DNA from: Clostridiaceae bacterium
GTDB lineage: Bacteria; Bacillota; Clostridia; DSM-8532
Length of the DNA stretch: 64,000 nucleotides
Direction: 5' to 3'
Assembly: GCA_012520615.1 (NCBI GenBank)
Contig: JAAYNX010000054.1
Span: 245-64,244 of the forward strand
Below, piece after piece: positions 1 to 9,571 of this stretch. Made by a program: the position numbers and the translations under genes. Numbering within the stretch: position 1 is the first letter of the stretch; each line of letters begins with the position of its first letter. The notes under the pieces were generated by a model. The model did no database searches and had not been told where the DNA came from. It saw nothing but the letters and a program-made list of their open reading frames with translations.

Positions 1-909
1 AACCTTGTTTTCCTCATCTAAATCCACTTGCAGAACCTTAGCAGGGCTTAAGCTGGCAGCAATATATTCTTCAGCATTTGAGCTCCACTTAATTACATCA
101 ATCATTTCTCCCCTAAGCTCATCAACAATAGCTCTAATGCGGCCTCCCCTTTGCCCGACACAGGCTCCGACAGGATCTACATTCTCATTACGGGAAAAAA
201 TAGCTATCTTGGTTCTGGAACCTGCTTCTCTTGCAATAGTTTTAATTTCAACGGTTCCGTCTGCAATCTCCGGAACTTCTAATTCCAACAGCCTTTTTAC
301 AAGACCAGGATGTGTTCTGGATACATATATCTGAGGACTTTTGTTTGTCTTCTTAACATTAATTACATATATTTTTATGCGGTCGTGGACATTATACTTC
401 TCGCCCGGTGTCTGCTCTGAAGGTGGTAAAACCGCTTCAACTTTCCCTAAATCAATAACAATATTCTTTCTGTCAAAACGGCTTACTACACCGTTTACAA
501 TATCTTCTTCACGATTTGAAAACTCATCGAAAATAAGGCCTCGCTCTGCTTCGCGAATTCGCTGCATTACTACCTGTTTAGCTGTTTGAGCTGCAATACG
601 ACCAAATTTCTTCGGTGTAACCTCCACCTCGACCATATCACCTATTTCAAAATCCGGTCCGAATCTTTTAGCCTGCTCAAGCGACATCTCGGTGGCTGAA
701 TCACTTATTTCATCAACAATGGTCTTTAAAGCGTAGACTCTAATGGCACCCGTGCTTCTATCAATGGATACCTCTACGTTTTGTGCAGAACCAAAGTTTC
801 TTTTATACGCTGAAATTAACGCCTGTTCTAGTGCGTCAATAATAATCTCCTTATCAATGCCCTTCTCTTTTTCCAGCTGATCGAGGGCGTAAAGTAACTC
901 AGCGCTCAT
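1..909 (-). CDS. nusA: Transcription termination/antitermination factor NusA, N-terminal part (gene runs off the left edge of the window)
   Basis: Absent from the ORF track because it has no stop inside the window. My minus-strand translation from ATG 909-907 reads MSAELLYALDQLEKEKGIDKEII, a typical NusA N-terminus. It lies 18 nt downstream of rimP, as in the conserved rimP-nusA operon. Confidence 0.85.
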   Translation of the reverse strand, partial: MSAELLYALDQLEKEKGIDKEIIIDALEQALISAYKRNFGSAQNVEVSIDRSTGAIRVYALKTIVDEISDSATEMSLEQAKRFGPDFEIGDMVEVEVTPKKFGRIAAQTAKQVVMQRIREAERGLIFDEFSNREEDIVNGVVSRFDRKNIVIDLGKVEAVLPPSEQTPGEKYNVHDRIKIYVINVKKTNKSPQIYVSRTHPGLVKRLLELEVPEIADGTVEIKTIAREAGSRTKIAIFSRNENVDPVGACVGQRGGRIRAIVDELRGEMIDVIKWSSNAEEYIAASLSPAKVLQVDLDEENKV

Positions 910-927
910 CTCTAACTTACCTCCAAA

Positions 928-1392
928 TTAAAATTTAAAAACCGTTTTAACCTTTGCAATTTGTTCCGATTTAAACTGTAGACTTTTTCCGTCTTCTGTC
1001 TTGATTGTAAGCATCTCACCTTCATATGAGACTAACTCACCTTCAAATTGTTTAGTATTGTCAACAGCTTTGAATAACCTAATCTCGACTGTACTTCCGA
1101 TGGCTTTTACGAAATCCTCCGGTTTTTTAAGTGTACGTTCAAGCCCCGGGGAAGACACTTCCAAAAAAAACTCATGGGAAATAGGGTCCATTTCGTCAAT
1201 CTTCTTATTCAAAGGTCTGCTTACATTTTCACAATCGTCTAGAGATATACCTTCCGGTTTATCAATGTATACTCTCAGAAACCAATTGCTGCCTTCCTTT
1301 ACAAACTCAACATCCACTAGCTCACAACCTGCTTCTAATACGATGGGAAGCGCAATTTCCTTTACGATTTCTGATATACTTTTTTTAGCCAT
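928..1392 (-). CDS. rimP: Ribosome maturation factor RimP
   Basis: ORF 928..1434 with family-typical sequence (VDVEFVKEGSNWFLRVYIDKPEGISLDDCE, SSPGLERTLKKPEDF). Start moved to the MAKKSISE ATG at 1392, which has GGGAGG 5 nt upstream. Confidence 0.85.
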   Translation of the reverse strand: MAKKSISEIVKEIALPIVLEAGCELVDVEFVKEGSNWFLRVYIDKPEGISLDDCENVSRPLNKKIDEMDPISHEFFLEVSSPGLERTLKKPEDFVKAIGSTVEIRLFKAVDNTKQFEGELVSYEGEMLTIKTEDGKSLQFKSEQIAKVKTVFKF

Positions 1393-1582
1393 CCATACCT
1401 CCCTATACAAACGCAAAGAGTGGGAAACACCCACTCTCTCATCAAAAATGCATCAAACAAAGCAATTGTAACACAAAAAGCCAGTACTGGCAACATCTTT
1501 TTACACAGAACTCCACAACGGAAATAATATGGGATATACTATACTATATTATATCATAGTTTATCCATTGGAGATTAAATTT

Positions 1583-2902
1583 ATGTCTGTTATAGGAATT
1601 GTCGCGGAGTATAATCCGCTTCATCTTGGGCATTTACATCATCTTAAATATGCCAGAAAAGCTACGAATGCGCAAGGCTTAATATGTGTTTTAAGCGGCA
1701 ATTTTGTTCAGCGTGGGGAGCCTGCTCTTATCTCAAAGTGGGCACGCACCCAAATGGCTTTAATCTCAGGAGCAGATCTTGTTATAGAGTTGCCCTCCGC
1801 TTTTTCCTGCGCATCTGCTGAATATTTTTCCGCAGGAGCAGTCAGCATTTTAGATAGCCTTGGTATTGTGGACTATCTTTGTTTCGGTAGTGAAAATGGA
1901 AATATTGAGGATCTTGAATGGGTAGCTGAAATATTCGCATACGAAAGCGAAGATTTTAAACAAAATCTGAAAGAGAGACTTAATGATGGACTCTCTTATG
2001 CCATAGCACGTCAAAAAGCATTGGAAAAAATACTTTTGAATTATAAAGGCAAACCCTGTGACAATTTTTGCGATGAAGCAAAGGTTAAAAATATTATAAA
2101 TGCCATCAGTAAACCCAATAACATTCTGGGCATTGAATATATAAAAGCTCTGAAACGTCTGAAAAGTCAGATAAAACCCATAACCATAAAAAGAATCGGA
2201 CAGGACTATAATAGTTTAGAACGTGCATCCTCCTATTCAAGTGCAACTGCTATTCGGCAGCACATACAGGAAACTTTTACTTCATCATGTGAAATAGACT
2301 CTTTTTTGCAAAACAACATATCCCAAGAGTGCTTAAAGGTAATGTTTGACGAATTCGTCTCTGGAAGAGGGCCGGTATTTGCCGAAGCCTTTGAAAATAT
2401 ACTGCTCTATATTTTCAGGTCAAAAAGCTTAAATGAAATCCGCTCCCTCCCATATATGGAGGAAGGGCTTGAAAACCGGCTAAAACAAGCTTCCTTGGAA
2501 TCAGTATCAATTGATGAATTCGTGAAAAAGGTTGTCACTAAACGATATCCCACATCACGAATAAAAAGAATTCTCTTTTCAGCACTAACAGGCATTACCG
2601 GAGAATTCCTAGAAGAGTTAAAGAATAATGGATATGCTCAGTATATAAGAGTTTTAGGCTTTAACGAAACCGGGAGAACACTTTTATCCAAAATGAAAAA
2701 GAAGGCTCGCCTTCCCATAATTACAAAACCCGCAAGCTACGATGAGATTGATAACAAACTAGCCGTAAAGCTGTTTGAGCATGAAGCAAGAACTACAGAT
2801 GCGTATGTATTAGGCTATCCTTTCCTAAAAGAACGAGCCGGTGGTATGGAATTTAAGACCTCTCCGGTATACTATAAGGCCACAGATGAAGGCCACAGAT
2901 GA
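1583..2902 (+). CDS. tmcAL: tRNA(Met) cytidine acetate ligase (YlbM/UPF0348 nucleotidyltransferase family)
   Basis: ORF 1529..2902. From the internal ATG at 1583 it reads MSVIGIVAEYNPLHLGHLHHL..VLSGNFVQRGEP, the HxGH nucleotidyltransferase signature of this family. TGGAGA RBS 8 nt upstream of 1583. Confidence 0.8.
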   Translation: MSVIGIVAEYNPLHLGHLHHLKYARKATNAQGLICVLSGNFVQRGEPALISKWARTQMALISGADLVIELPSAFSCASAEYFSAGAVSILDSLGIVDYLCFGSENGNIEDLEWVAEIFAYESEDFKQNLKERLNDGLSYAIARQKALEKILLNYKGKPCDNFCDEAKVKNIINAISKPNNILGIEYIKALKRLKSQIKPITIKRIGQDYNSLERASSYSSATAIRQHIQETFTSSCEIDSFLQNNISQECLKVMFDEFVSGRGPVFAEAFENILLYIFRSKSLNEIRSLPYMEEGLENRLKQASLESVSIDEFVKKVVTKRYPTSRIKRILFSALTGITGEFLEELKNNGYAQYIRVLGFNETGRTLLSKMKKKARLPIITKPASYDEIDNKLAVKLFEHEARTTDAYVLGYPFLKERAGGMEFKTSPVYYKATDEGHR

Positions 2903-2954
2903 CAAGGACAGCTTCAGGTGGAGTAAAAACTCCATCTGAAGCCAAGAACCCTGT

Positions 2955-3209
2955 TTATGCTGCGTTCTCTTCACTGAGTCTTACTATTTCTGCTTGGATT
3001 AATACTAAGATAGATGTCAGCTGCAATATTACCTGAGTAACAACAAAAGCGTCTTGGATTAAAGCATCAATTTCCTCCTCGTTATTACCTTCTTCGCTCA
3101 GTCTTACAATTTCTGCCTGAATTAATGATAGAATAAAGTTTAATTGTAATATTGCCTGTTTTACAGCAAAGAAATCTGCAATTAAAGCATCAATTTCTTG
3201 ATTGTTCAT
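2955..3209 (-). CDS. Hypothetical 84-aa protein made of two tandem helical repeats
   Basis: ORF with strong RBS (GGGGGTGA, 6 nt before ATG) and a candidate promoter (TTGATA-18 nt-TATATA) just downstream of the pheT terminator. Two internal repeats share 27 of 38 positions by my count. No family recognised. Confidence 0.6.
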   Translation of the reverse strand: MNNQEIDALIADFFAVKQAILQLNFILSLIQAEIVRLSEEGNNEEEIDALIQDAFVVTQVILQLTSILVLIQAEIVRLSEENAA

Positions 3210-3278
3210 TTTTTCACCCCCAGGTTGTCTATCTTGTACATAATATGATATATAAGTTCACTCAGTTCACTATCAAAT

Positions 3279-3313
3279 GAAAAAAGACAATGGATTAGTT
3301 TATTCCATTGTCT
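3279..3313 (-). terminator. Intrinsic terminator after pheT
   Basis: Minus-strand hairpin AGACAATGGA-ATAAACTAA-TCCATTGTCT (10-bp stem) followed by T6, 20 nt past the pheT stop. Confidence 0.8.
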
Positions 3314-3335
3314 TCTAATATATTGTTTACTTTTG

Positions 3336-5732
3336 TTAACGTCTCTGGGCGTCAAAGCTTTTTTCAAGATTTTTAAGGATTCGATCCATGGCTACATTTA
3401 CATCCTCATCCTTTAAGGTTCTGTCCAGAGCTCTGAAAGATAAGGCAAAGGCCACACTTTTCATTCCTTCGGGAACTTGGGCTCCTTTGTAGACATCGAA
3501 GATACTGACCTCTTCCAAGTATTCTCCGCCCTTTTGCTTAATTACCTCTATTATCTGGGCAACGTACAGTTCGTCCTTGACCACAATAGCCAAATCTCGG
3601 GTGATTGCAGGGAATTTAGGCAACTGACTGTATTGCTTTTCAGTAGTAGAAGCTTCAATTAATACATTTGTATCTGCCACAGCCACATAGGTTCTGCTTG
3701 GACATTCATAGTTTTCAGCGACTTCAGGATGAATCTCTCCCAAGGTGGCTGCATATACCATTTCCTTATTTTTCCCTTTAACATAAAGCTTAGCCGTGCG
3801 CCCGGGGTGGAAGCTTGCCTCATCTTTTTCAGGTCTGAATTCGTATTGCTTGATGCCCATAGCCAATAGAAGCTCTTCCATTGCGCCTTTCAGCTCATAA
3901 AAATTACTCGTTCCGCCATACATCCCAATGGTCAATGTTCCTCTTTCATCTGCCAGAACCTCCCCTTCTATGGGTAAATAAACATAAGAGAGTTCAAAAA
4001 GCGCAGCCTCGGGATTATTACGGTTGTAATTTATCGAAAGCGATTTTAGCATATCAGGTAGTGTAGTTGTTCTCATAAGGCTGAAATCTTCTCCGAGAGG
4101 ATTTGAAATAACAACTGCATTACGAAGATGATGATCCTTAGGAAGATTAATTGTATCAAAGACCTTGGGGCTTGCAAAAGATAGGGTATAAGCCTCATAT
4201 AATCCGCAGGCGACCATGGTATTCCTGATTACATCCTCCATGCTTTGTTTGTATGTTTTCCTGCCCTGCATTGATTCCTTACCTGATAAAAGGCTGGACT
4301 TGATATTGTTATATCCGTAAAATCTAGCGATTTCCTCACATAAATCAGCCAATTCAACAATATCGTTACGGAATGACGGAGGAATTAATGTCATATTCTT
4401 TTCATCTACTTCAAATTCCAAAGATTTGAAGATTTTTACCATTTGGGCAGTTTCTATTTCAGAACCCAAGAAGCTATTTATTCTCTCAGGCTGAAATTTC
4501 ATAATCCGCTTTTCATATGGCATACGATTGCAATCGGCTATACCCTTTACCACTTTTCCGGCACCTAAGAGCTCAATAAGTTCAGCACAGCGATTTAAAG
4601 CAGGTATTGCATTTTCGATATCCAACCCTTTTTCAAAGCGAATGGAAGCCTCGCTTCGAAGGCCCATTTTTTTGCCCGTTATACGAACTGAGGAACCCTT
4701 GAAAGTAGCTGATTCAAGTAAGATAGTATTGGTTTTATCAGTTATCTCTGAGTTCTCTCCTCCCATAACTCCGGCAACACCAATAGGGCGGTTCTCATCA
4801 CATATCAAAAGCATATCTGAATCAAGATCTCTGTCCTGCCCGTCCAAGGTCCTGATAGTTTCACCATCTTTCGGTGTTCGTACTACAATCCTGCGCCCTT
4901 GAACCTGCTCAAGATCAAAAGCATGCATTGGTTGGCCGTATTCAAGCATTACATAGTTTGTGATATCAACAATATTATTGATAGGCCTCATTCCAGCCGC
5001 AGCAAGTCTTCTTTGCATCCATGCCGGAGAGGGCTCGATTTTTACATCTTTTACAGCCCTTGCAGCATATCTGTAGCAAAGTTCAGGGTTTTCGATTTCT
5101 ATGGAGACTAGGTCGTTAATATCACCGCCGGCTTCTTCCTTAACCTCCACTTTTGGAATTTTAAATGTTTCACCAAGAGTAGCTGCGGTTTCCCTCGCCA
5201 AGCCTATGATAGAAAGACAGTCCGGTCTGTTTGATGTAATTTCAAATTCTACTACCTTGTCTAGATTCAAAACATCCTTAACATCTGCTCCTAATTCCGG
5301 CGTACCGCTAAATACATATACTCCGTGATCAGGTGCATCAGGAAGGTAGTCCTTAGTAAGATTGAGTTCGTCAATAGAGCACATCATTCCGTAGCTTTCG
5401 ACTCCACGCAGTTTTGAAAGCTTTATTTCACCGCCGGGCAACTTTGCTCCGACAAGTGCAAGGGGAATGTAATCTCCTTCTTTAACATTAGGAGCTCCTG
5501 TAACTATTTGCAAAACTTCGCTACCGATATCAACCTTGCAAATGCGCAATTTATCAGCATCAGGGTGGCTTTCTATAGCAACAATTTTACCTACTACTAC
5601 TATCTCAATGTCCTTCCCCAGGTCCTCTACGCCTTCAACCTTAGAGCCGGAAAGGGTCATTGCATCGGTATACTCTTTTATAGGAACATTTATCTTAACA
5701 AAATCACTTAACCATTTTATAGGTGCCTTCAT
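3336..5732 (-). CDS. pheT: Phenylalanine--tRNA ligase beta subunit
   Basis: 798-aa ORF with the typical PheT layout (N-terminal tRNA-binding domain, B3/4, B5, C-terminal FDX-ACB). Immediately downstream of pheS. Confidence 0.95.
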   Translation of the reverse strand: MKAPIKWLSDFVKINVPIKEYTDAMTLSGSKVEGVEDLGKDIEIVVVGKIVAIESHPDADKLRICKVDIGSEVLQIVTGAPNVKEGDYIPLALVGAKLPGGEIKLSKLRGVESYGMMCSIDELNLTKDYLPDAPDHGVYVFSGTPELGADVKDVLNLDKVVEFEITSNRPDCLSIIGLARETAATLGETFKIPKVEVKEEAGGDINDLVSIEIENPELCYRYAARAVKDVKIEPSPAWMQRRLAAAGMRPINNIVDITNYVMLEYGQPMHAFDLEQVQGRRIVVRTPKDGETIRTLDGQDRDLDSDMLLICDENRPIGVAGVMGGENSEITDKTNTILLESATFKGSSVRITGKKMGLRSEASIRFEKGLDIENAIPALNRCAELIELLGAGKVVKGIADCNRMPYEKRIMKFQPERINSFLGSEIETAQMVKIFKSLEFEVDEKNMTLIPPSFRNDIVELADLCEEIARFYGYNNIKSSLLSGKESMQGRKTYKQSMEDVIRNTMVACGLYEAYTLSFASPKVFDTINLPKDHHLRNAVVISNPLGEDFSLMRTTTLPDMLKSLSINYNRNNPEAALFELSYVYLPIEGEVLADERGTLTIGMYGGTSNFYELKGAMEELLLAMGIKQYEFRPEKDEASFHPGRTAKLYVKGKNKEMVYAATLGEIHPEVAENYECPSRTYVAVADTNVLIEASTTEKQYSQLPKFPAITRDLAIVVKDELYVAQIIEVIKQKGGEYLEEVSIFDVYKGAQVPEGMKSVAFALSFRALDRTLKDEDVNVAMDRILKNLEKSFDAQRR

Positions 5733-5746
5733 TTCTCTCTCCTCCT

Positions 5747-6766
5747 TTAAAACTGCTTCAGGAAACGAATATCGTTTTCGAACAGCAATCTCATGTCATC
5801 AATACCGAACTTACCCATTGTAATACGCTCAATGCCCATACCAAAGGCAAAACCTGAGTATATATCAGGGTCTATTCCGCATTCTCTTAGCACATTAGGA
5901 TGAACCATTCCGGCTCCCAGAATCTCGACCCAGCCTTCACCTTTACATATTCTGCATCCTGAGCCTCCACAGCCCCAGCAGGATACGTCTACTTCCGCTG
6001 ACGGTTCAGTGAATGGGAAGTGATGTGGTCTTAAACGAATTCTAGTATCCTTTCCGAATATGGATTTAGCAAAAGCCTGCAGAGTTCCATTAAGATCCCC
6101 CATAGTAACGCCTTTATCAACAACAAGGCCTTCCACCTGATGAAAAACAGGAGAATGAGTGGCATCTACGGCATCAGATCTGTAAACACGGCCGGGGCAA
6201 ATAATTCTTATTGGCGGTTTATTATTCTGCATATGCCTGATTTGTACCGGTGATGTATGGGTTCTCAAAACCACATTCTCACTTATATAAAAGGTATCCT
6301 GAGTATCTCTTGCCGGATGATTTTTGGGAATGTTCAGAGCTTCAAAGTTATTGTAATCCAGCTCAATTTCCGGGCCTTCGGCAATCTCATATCCCATACC
6401 CAGAAAAATATCCTTTAACTCGTCCAGTACCAATGTCAGAGGATGCTTCCTCCCGATTGCCCTGATTTTTCCGGGCATGGTAACGTCAATCACTTCGCTT
6501 TTAAGCCTTTGATTCCGCTCTTCTCTAATTAAGCGCAACTTTGCGTTTGCAATATTTTCTTCAAGGGTAGCTCTGACATCATTAGCCATTTGCCCTACTA
6601 TAGGACGCTCTTCGGCCGACAGTGCACCCATGCCCTTTAAAATCCGTGTCAGTTCGCCCTTTTTACCGAGATAGGCTACCTTCAAATCTTCCAGCTCACG
6701 AATATCGGAGATTTGAGCGAGTTTATCCATCGCTTGCTTTTTAATTGCTTCCAATTGTTGTTTCAT
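5747..6766 (-). CDS. pheS: Phenylalanine--tRNA ligase alpha subunit
   Basis: 339-aa ORF with class II synthetase core ([20 protein letters not shown]). Preceded by a T-box leader. Confidence 0.95.
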   Translation of the reverse strand: MKQQLEAIKKQAMDKLAQISDIRELEDLKVAYLGKKGELTRILKGMGALSAEERPIVGQMANDVRATLEENIANAKLRLIREERNQRLKSEVIDVTMPGKIRAIGRKHPLTLVLDELKDIFLGMGYEIAEGPEIELDYNNFEALNIPKNHPARDTQDTFYISENVVLRTHTSPVQIRHMQNNKPPIRIICPGRVYRSDAVDATHSPVFHQVEGLVVDKGVTMGDLNGTLQAFAKSIFGKDTRIRLRPHHFPFTEPSAEVDVSCWGCGGSGCRICKGEGWVEILGAGMVHPNVLRECGIDPDIYSGFAFGMGIERITMGKFGIDDMRLLFENDIRFLKQF

Positions 6767-6814
6767 TGTGCCTATAACACCTCATTCTCTTTTTATTAAC
6801 TCCCATATTGGTAT

Positions 6815-6865
6815 AGCAGTAGCTTGCTACCAATCAGACTTCGTCTTCTTGGGCAAGCTTTGCAT
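6815..6865 (-). repeat. Y-module repeat copy (hairpin) inside the pheS leader
   Basis: The reverse complement ATGCAAAGCTTGCCCAAGAAGACGAAGTCTGATTGGTAGCAAGCTACTGCT matches 32062..32112 at 46 of 51 positions by my hand alignment. It folds as GCTTGC-CCAA..AGAC-GAA-GTCT..TTGG-TA-GCAAGC. Confidence 0.75.
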
Positions 6866-6922
6866 AGGACGTACATCTGCTTCTTCGGTCGTTTCACTCC
6901 CTCACAAGCAGTGTTACGGCCA

Positions 6923-7182
6923 TAAAAAAAACGCCCTGTCATAGGACAAAGCGTCAGCTTGCGGTACCACCTATGTTCATGTAAGCATTAAAAATATGCC
7001 TAGCATGCACTTATACGCTGTAACGGGCTTACCCGGCCGTTCCTACTATTGTTTCAGACAGCAGCTCCGGAGGGAAATTCAGCCTGTTGCTTTCAAATTG
7101 ATGCTTTCAACCTGTGGCATCAACTCTCTTTTTGAAGAGGCAAAAGCTTACTTAAACTCTTTCATCGCAAATATTTTGTTAT
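6923..7182 (-). promoter_or_regulatory. T-box leader (Phe) controlling pheST
   Basis: The minus-strand leader carries GCGAUGA near the 5' end, AGAGAG, the F-box-like CCGUUA and the T-box core AUAGGUGGUACCGC (GGTGGTACCGC = 6961..6971). Next comes the terminator ACGCUUUGUC-CUAU-GACAGGGCGU plus U8. Candidate specifier lies within GAAUUUCC (7073..7080); UUU and UUC both encode Phe. The exact specifier register was not resolved by eye. Confidence 0.85.
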
Positions 7183-7188
7183 TAGTAT

Positions 7189-7217
7189 ATTATAACCAAA
7201 TTGGCGGATGTGTTCAA
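7189..7217 (-). promoter_or_regulatory. Sigma-A-type promoter for the pheST leader
   Basis: Minus strand: -35 TTGAAC (7217-7212), 17-nt spacer, -10 TATAAT (7194-7189), directly upstream of the T-box leader. Confidence 0.65.
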
Positions 7218-7218
7218 G

Positions 7219-8139
7219 TCATTTATTCATTGTATCCAAATCATAGGGTGTTTCTTGGTACACATAATAATTTAGCCAGTTTGCATATAACAGGTTAGCA
7301 TGGCTTCTCCATTTAACAATAGGCGGATTAGCAGGATTATCATCAATAAAATAGTTTTTCGGCACTTCAATATCCATGCCTTTATTCTGATCTCTAAAAT
7401 ATTCATTGCCTAAAGTCTCGGGGTCATATTCAGAATGTCCCGTAACAAATATTTGTCTACCGTCATTAGAACACACCACATAAACGCCGGATTCAGGAGA
7501 CTCGGATAGTATTTTCAGGTTTTCTACTTTCTCAATATCCCCTTTTCTAACCTCTGTATGACGGGATTGGGGCACATGAAAAACATCATCAAAGCCTCTG
7601 AACAATTTAACATATTGTTCATTAATATAATGGGGAAAGACACCAAACATCTTTTTCTCCAAAGGATATTTTTTTATCCCATAATGATGGTACAGACCCG
7701 CCTGAGCTCCCCAGCAAATATGAAATGTCGAAAAAACATTGGTAACACTCCAATCCATGAGCGCTTTCAACTCATCCCAATACGCCACCTCTTCAAACTC
7801 CATGGTTTCTACCGGGGCACCTGTAATAATCAGACCGTCAAACTTCTGATCCTTAACGTCATCAAAAGTTTTGTAAAAAAGTCTTAAATGCTCAGCAGGA
7901 GTATTCTTCGATAAATAGGATTTAGGGTGCAAAAGTTCAATATCCACCTGTAAGGGCGAATTGCCAATAAGCCTTAAAATTTGTGTTTCAGTAACAATCT
8001 TGGTAGGCATCAAATTCATTATGGCTATTTTTAACGGCCTGATATCCTGAGATTTTGCTCTTTCTTCACTGATAACAAATATATTTTCATTTTGCAGCGT
8101 TTCAAATGCAGGAAGGTTATTAGGTATATTAATTGGCAT
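7219..8139 (-). CDS. metA: Homoserine O-acyltransferase, MetA family
   Basis: 306-aa ORF starting [47 protein letters not shown], characteristic of MetA/MetAA. Confidence 0.9.
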   Translation of the reverse strand: MPINIPNNLPAFETLQNENIFVISEERAKSQDIRPLKIAIMNLMPTKIVTETQILRLIGNSPLQVDIELLHPKSYLSKNTPAEHLRLFYKTFDDVKDQKFDGLIITGAPVETMEFEEVAYWDELKALMDWSVTNVFSTFHICWGAQAGLYHHYGIKKYPLEKKMFGVFPHYINEQYVKLFRGFDDVFHVPQSRHTEVRKGDIEKVENLKILSESPESGVYVVCSNDGRQIFVTGHSEYDPETLGNEYFRDQNKGMDIEVPKNYFIDDNPANPPIVKWRSHANLLYANWLNYYVYQETPYDLDTMNK

Positions 8140-8240
8140 AATTTGCTCCTTAAAACATACAGTTTTTCTAATACTGTATGTGATTTTGTAAATATATTGC
8201 TTTAGATAATGAAATTCTAAATAAAGATATTAGATAAATC

Positions 8241-8661
8241 TGAGCAGACCTGTAAGCCGGGTTCTGTCTTGAATGATCATCTATCTACGCCTGGTATTGC
8301 TACAAGGCTTTAGCCACCTCTAAGAAACAGGCGGGCAGCCTATATGTTTCTTATCACGGTGTTGCTCCAGGTGGGGTTTACATAGCACCCTCCGTCGCCG
8401 TGGGGTCGGTGAGCTCTTACCTCGCCTTTCCATCCTTACCGTTCTAGAGGTTAGATGCGAGAAGTGGGATGTAAGAATTTAAGTTTATATTTAATCCTAC
8501 TACTTCCAACATCTAACCTCTAGAAAGGCGGTTTATTTCTGTTGCACTTTCCTTAAAGTCACCTTCACCGGGTATTACCCGGCACCTTTGCCCTGTGGAG
8601 CCCGGACTTTCCTCGTACGAGGCTTTTCAGCACATCGTCCGCGACCATCCGGCCTACTCAT
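8241..8661 (-). ncRNA. rnpB: RNase P RNA, bacterial type A
   Basis: Minus strand contains GAGGAAAGUCCGGGCUCCACAGGGCA, GUGCAACAGAAAUAAACCGCC, GGUAAGAGCUCACC, AAACCCCACCUGGAGCAA and ACAGAACCCGGCUUACAG. A P1 pairing forms between UGAGUAGGCC (5') and GGUCUGCUCA (3'). Ends are approximate (+/-10 nt). Confidence 0.9.
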
Positions 8662-8900
8662 ATTATCTGTATCAAGATATTTTACAATATTGTTTATGCA
8701 CAGTCAATTGTAAATTAAGGGTTCCATAGTGAACCGAACGATTTCCCGGAGCGATAAATCTTGCAGCTAACAGCCGCTAACTTGTATATGTCTAACGTTA
8801 TAGATAGTTTTCTCACAGTCTGGCAAATAATAAAAATCCGATTAAATAAAGCAAATCCTCTCGATATTGAAAAAATAGTGGCACCTTAGTTTAGTTAAAA

Positions 8901-9380
8901 TCAGACTGTAACCAACGGGCGAAGTTTTTCTAAGGTTTTCGCGCCAATACCTTTTATATTATCCAATTCTTCTATTGATTTAAAAGGGCCGTTAGTATTG
9001 CGATAATCAATAATTGCCTTTGCTTTGACTTCCCCGATGTAGGGTAAGGCCATAAGTTCCTCCATCGAGGCTTTATTTATATTTACCTTGGCTGATTCAT
9101 CGAACACTTGCTTAATATCTTCGTCAGCTTTTCCAATTTGAGCTTTAACCTGAGTTTTTTCACTCTCAATTATTTCTTTTGCAGGAGAATCTGTTGTTTT
9201 TATAGGTAAAGGACTAGATTCTTCAGCAAAAGTATCATCATTTGAAAAAGAAATCCAACAACGTCTTACAGAAGAAAAATTAGATAAGAAAAGTATGCCA
9301 ATTAAGAATAGAAGCAAGCAAGGTGCTACTAAAAACTCCCACCTGATACTATAGGTTTTGCCTTTAACATTAATCTCCAT
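8901..9380 (-). CDS. comEA: ComEA-family helix-hairpin-helix DNA-binding protein with N-terminal membrane anchor
   Basis: C-terminus [54 protein letters not shown] is the ComEA HhH module. Start set to ATG 9380 (AGGAAG 5 nt upstream) rather than the upstream GTG. Confidence 0.8.
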   Translation of the reverse strand: MEINVKGKTYSIRWEFLVAPCLLLFLIGILFLSNFSSVRRCWISFSNDDTFAEESSPLPIKTTDSPAKEIIESEKTQVKAQIGKADEDIKQVFDESAKVNINKASMEELMALPYIGEVKAKAIIDYRNTNGPFKSIEELDNIKGIGAKTLEKLRPLVTV

Positions 9381-9571
9381 AGTTACTTCCTTATTCCACA
9401 CACTTGTCTATATTATGCCATATTTTTATATAAAATCAACAAAATTCTATATTTATATGGAAACTAATGGTTACTCCACAGACTTGAGTTTATACCTGAT
9501 GTAAATTATAATAAAATAAATGCTCTTTTTAGACGCAGTTTAACTTAAGAAAAAATCGGGAGTTGATATTT

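Noticed and set aside
1481-1492. 12-bp perfect palindrome GCCAGTACTGGC between rimP and tmcAL
   Set aside because: It is too short and isolated to interpret, has no related sites elsewhere in the window, and could be chance in a divergent promoter region.
6996-7298. 100-aa plus-strand ORF
   Set aside because: It lies antisense across the pheS T-box leader, the promoter and the metA 3' end. The region is fully explained by the riboswitch-like leader.
8140-8240. Looked for a SAM (S-box) riboswitch upstream of metA
   Set aside because: Only ~100 nt separate metA from the 3' end of rnpB. None of the S-box conserved segments are present.
8435-8530. Near-perfect long hairpin TCTAGAGGTTAGATG...CATCTAACCTCTAGA inside rnpB that looked like an inserted palindromic element
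   Set aside because: It sits exactly where the variable P12 helix of type-A RNase P RNA lies (after ACAGAAAUAAACCGCC and before GGUAAGG). An extended P12 is normal variation, and there is no similarity to the X/Y repeats.
8720-8800. Possible degenerate fragment of the X/Y repeat family between rnpB and comEA (CGCTAACTTGTATAT vs CGCTACAAGTTGTATAT at 32119-32135; GATTTCCCGGAGCGATAAATC hairpin)
   Set aside because: The similarity is short and gapped, and I cannot distinguish it from chance by eye. It is worth including in a genome-wide nhmmer search but is not reported as a copy.
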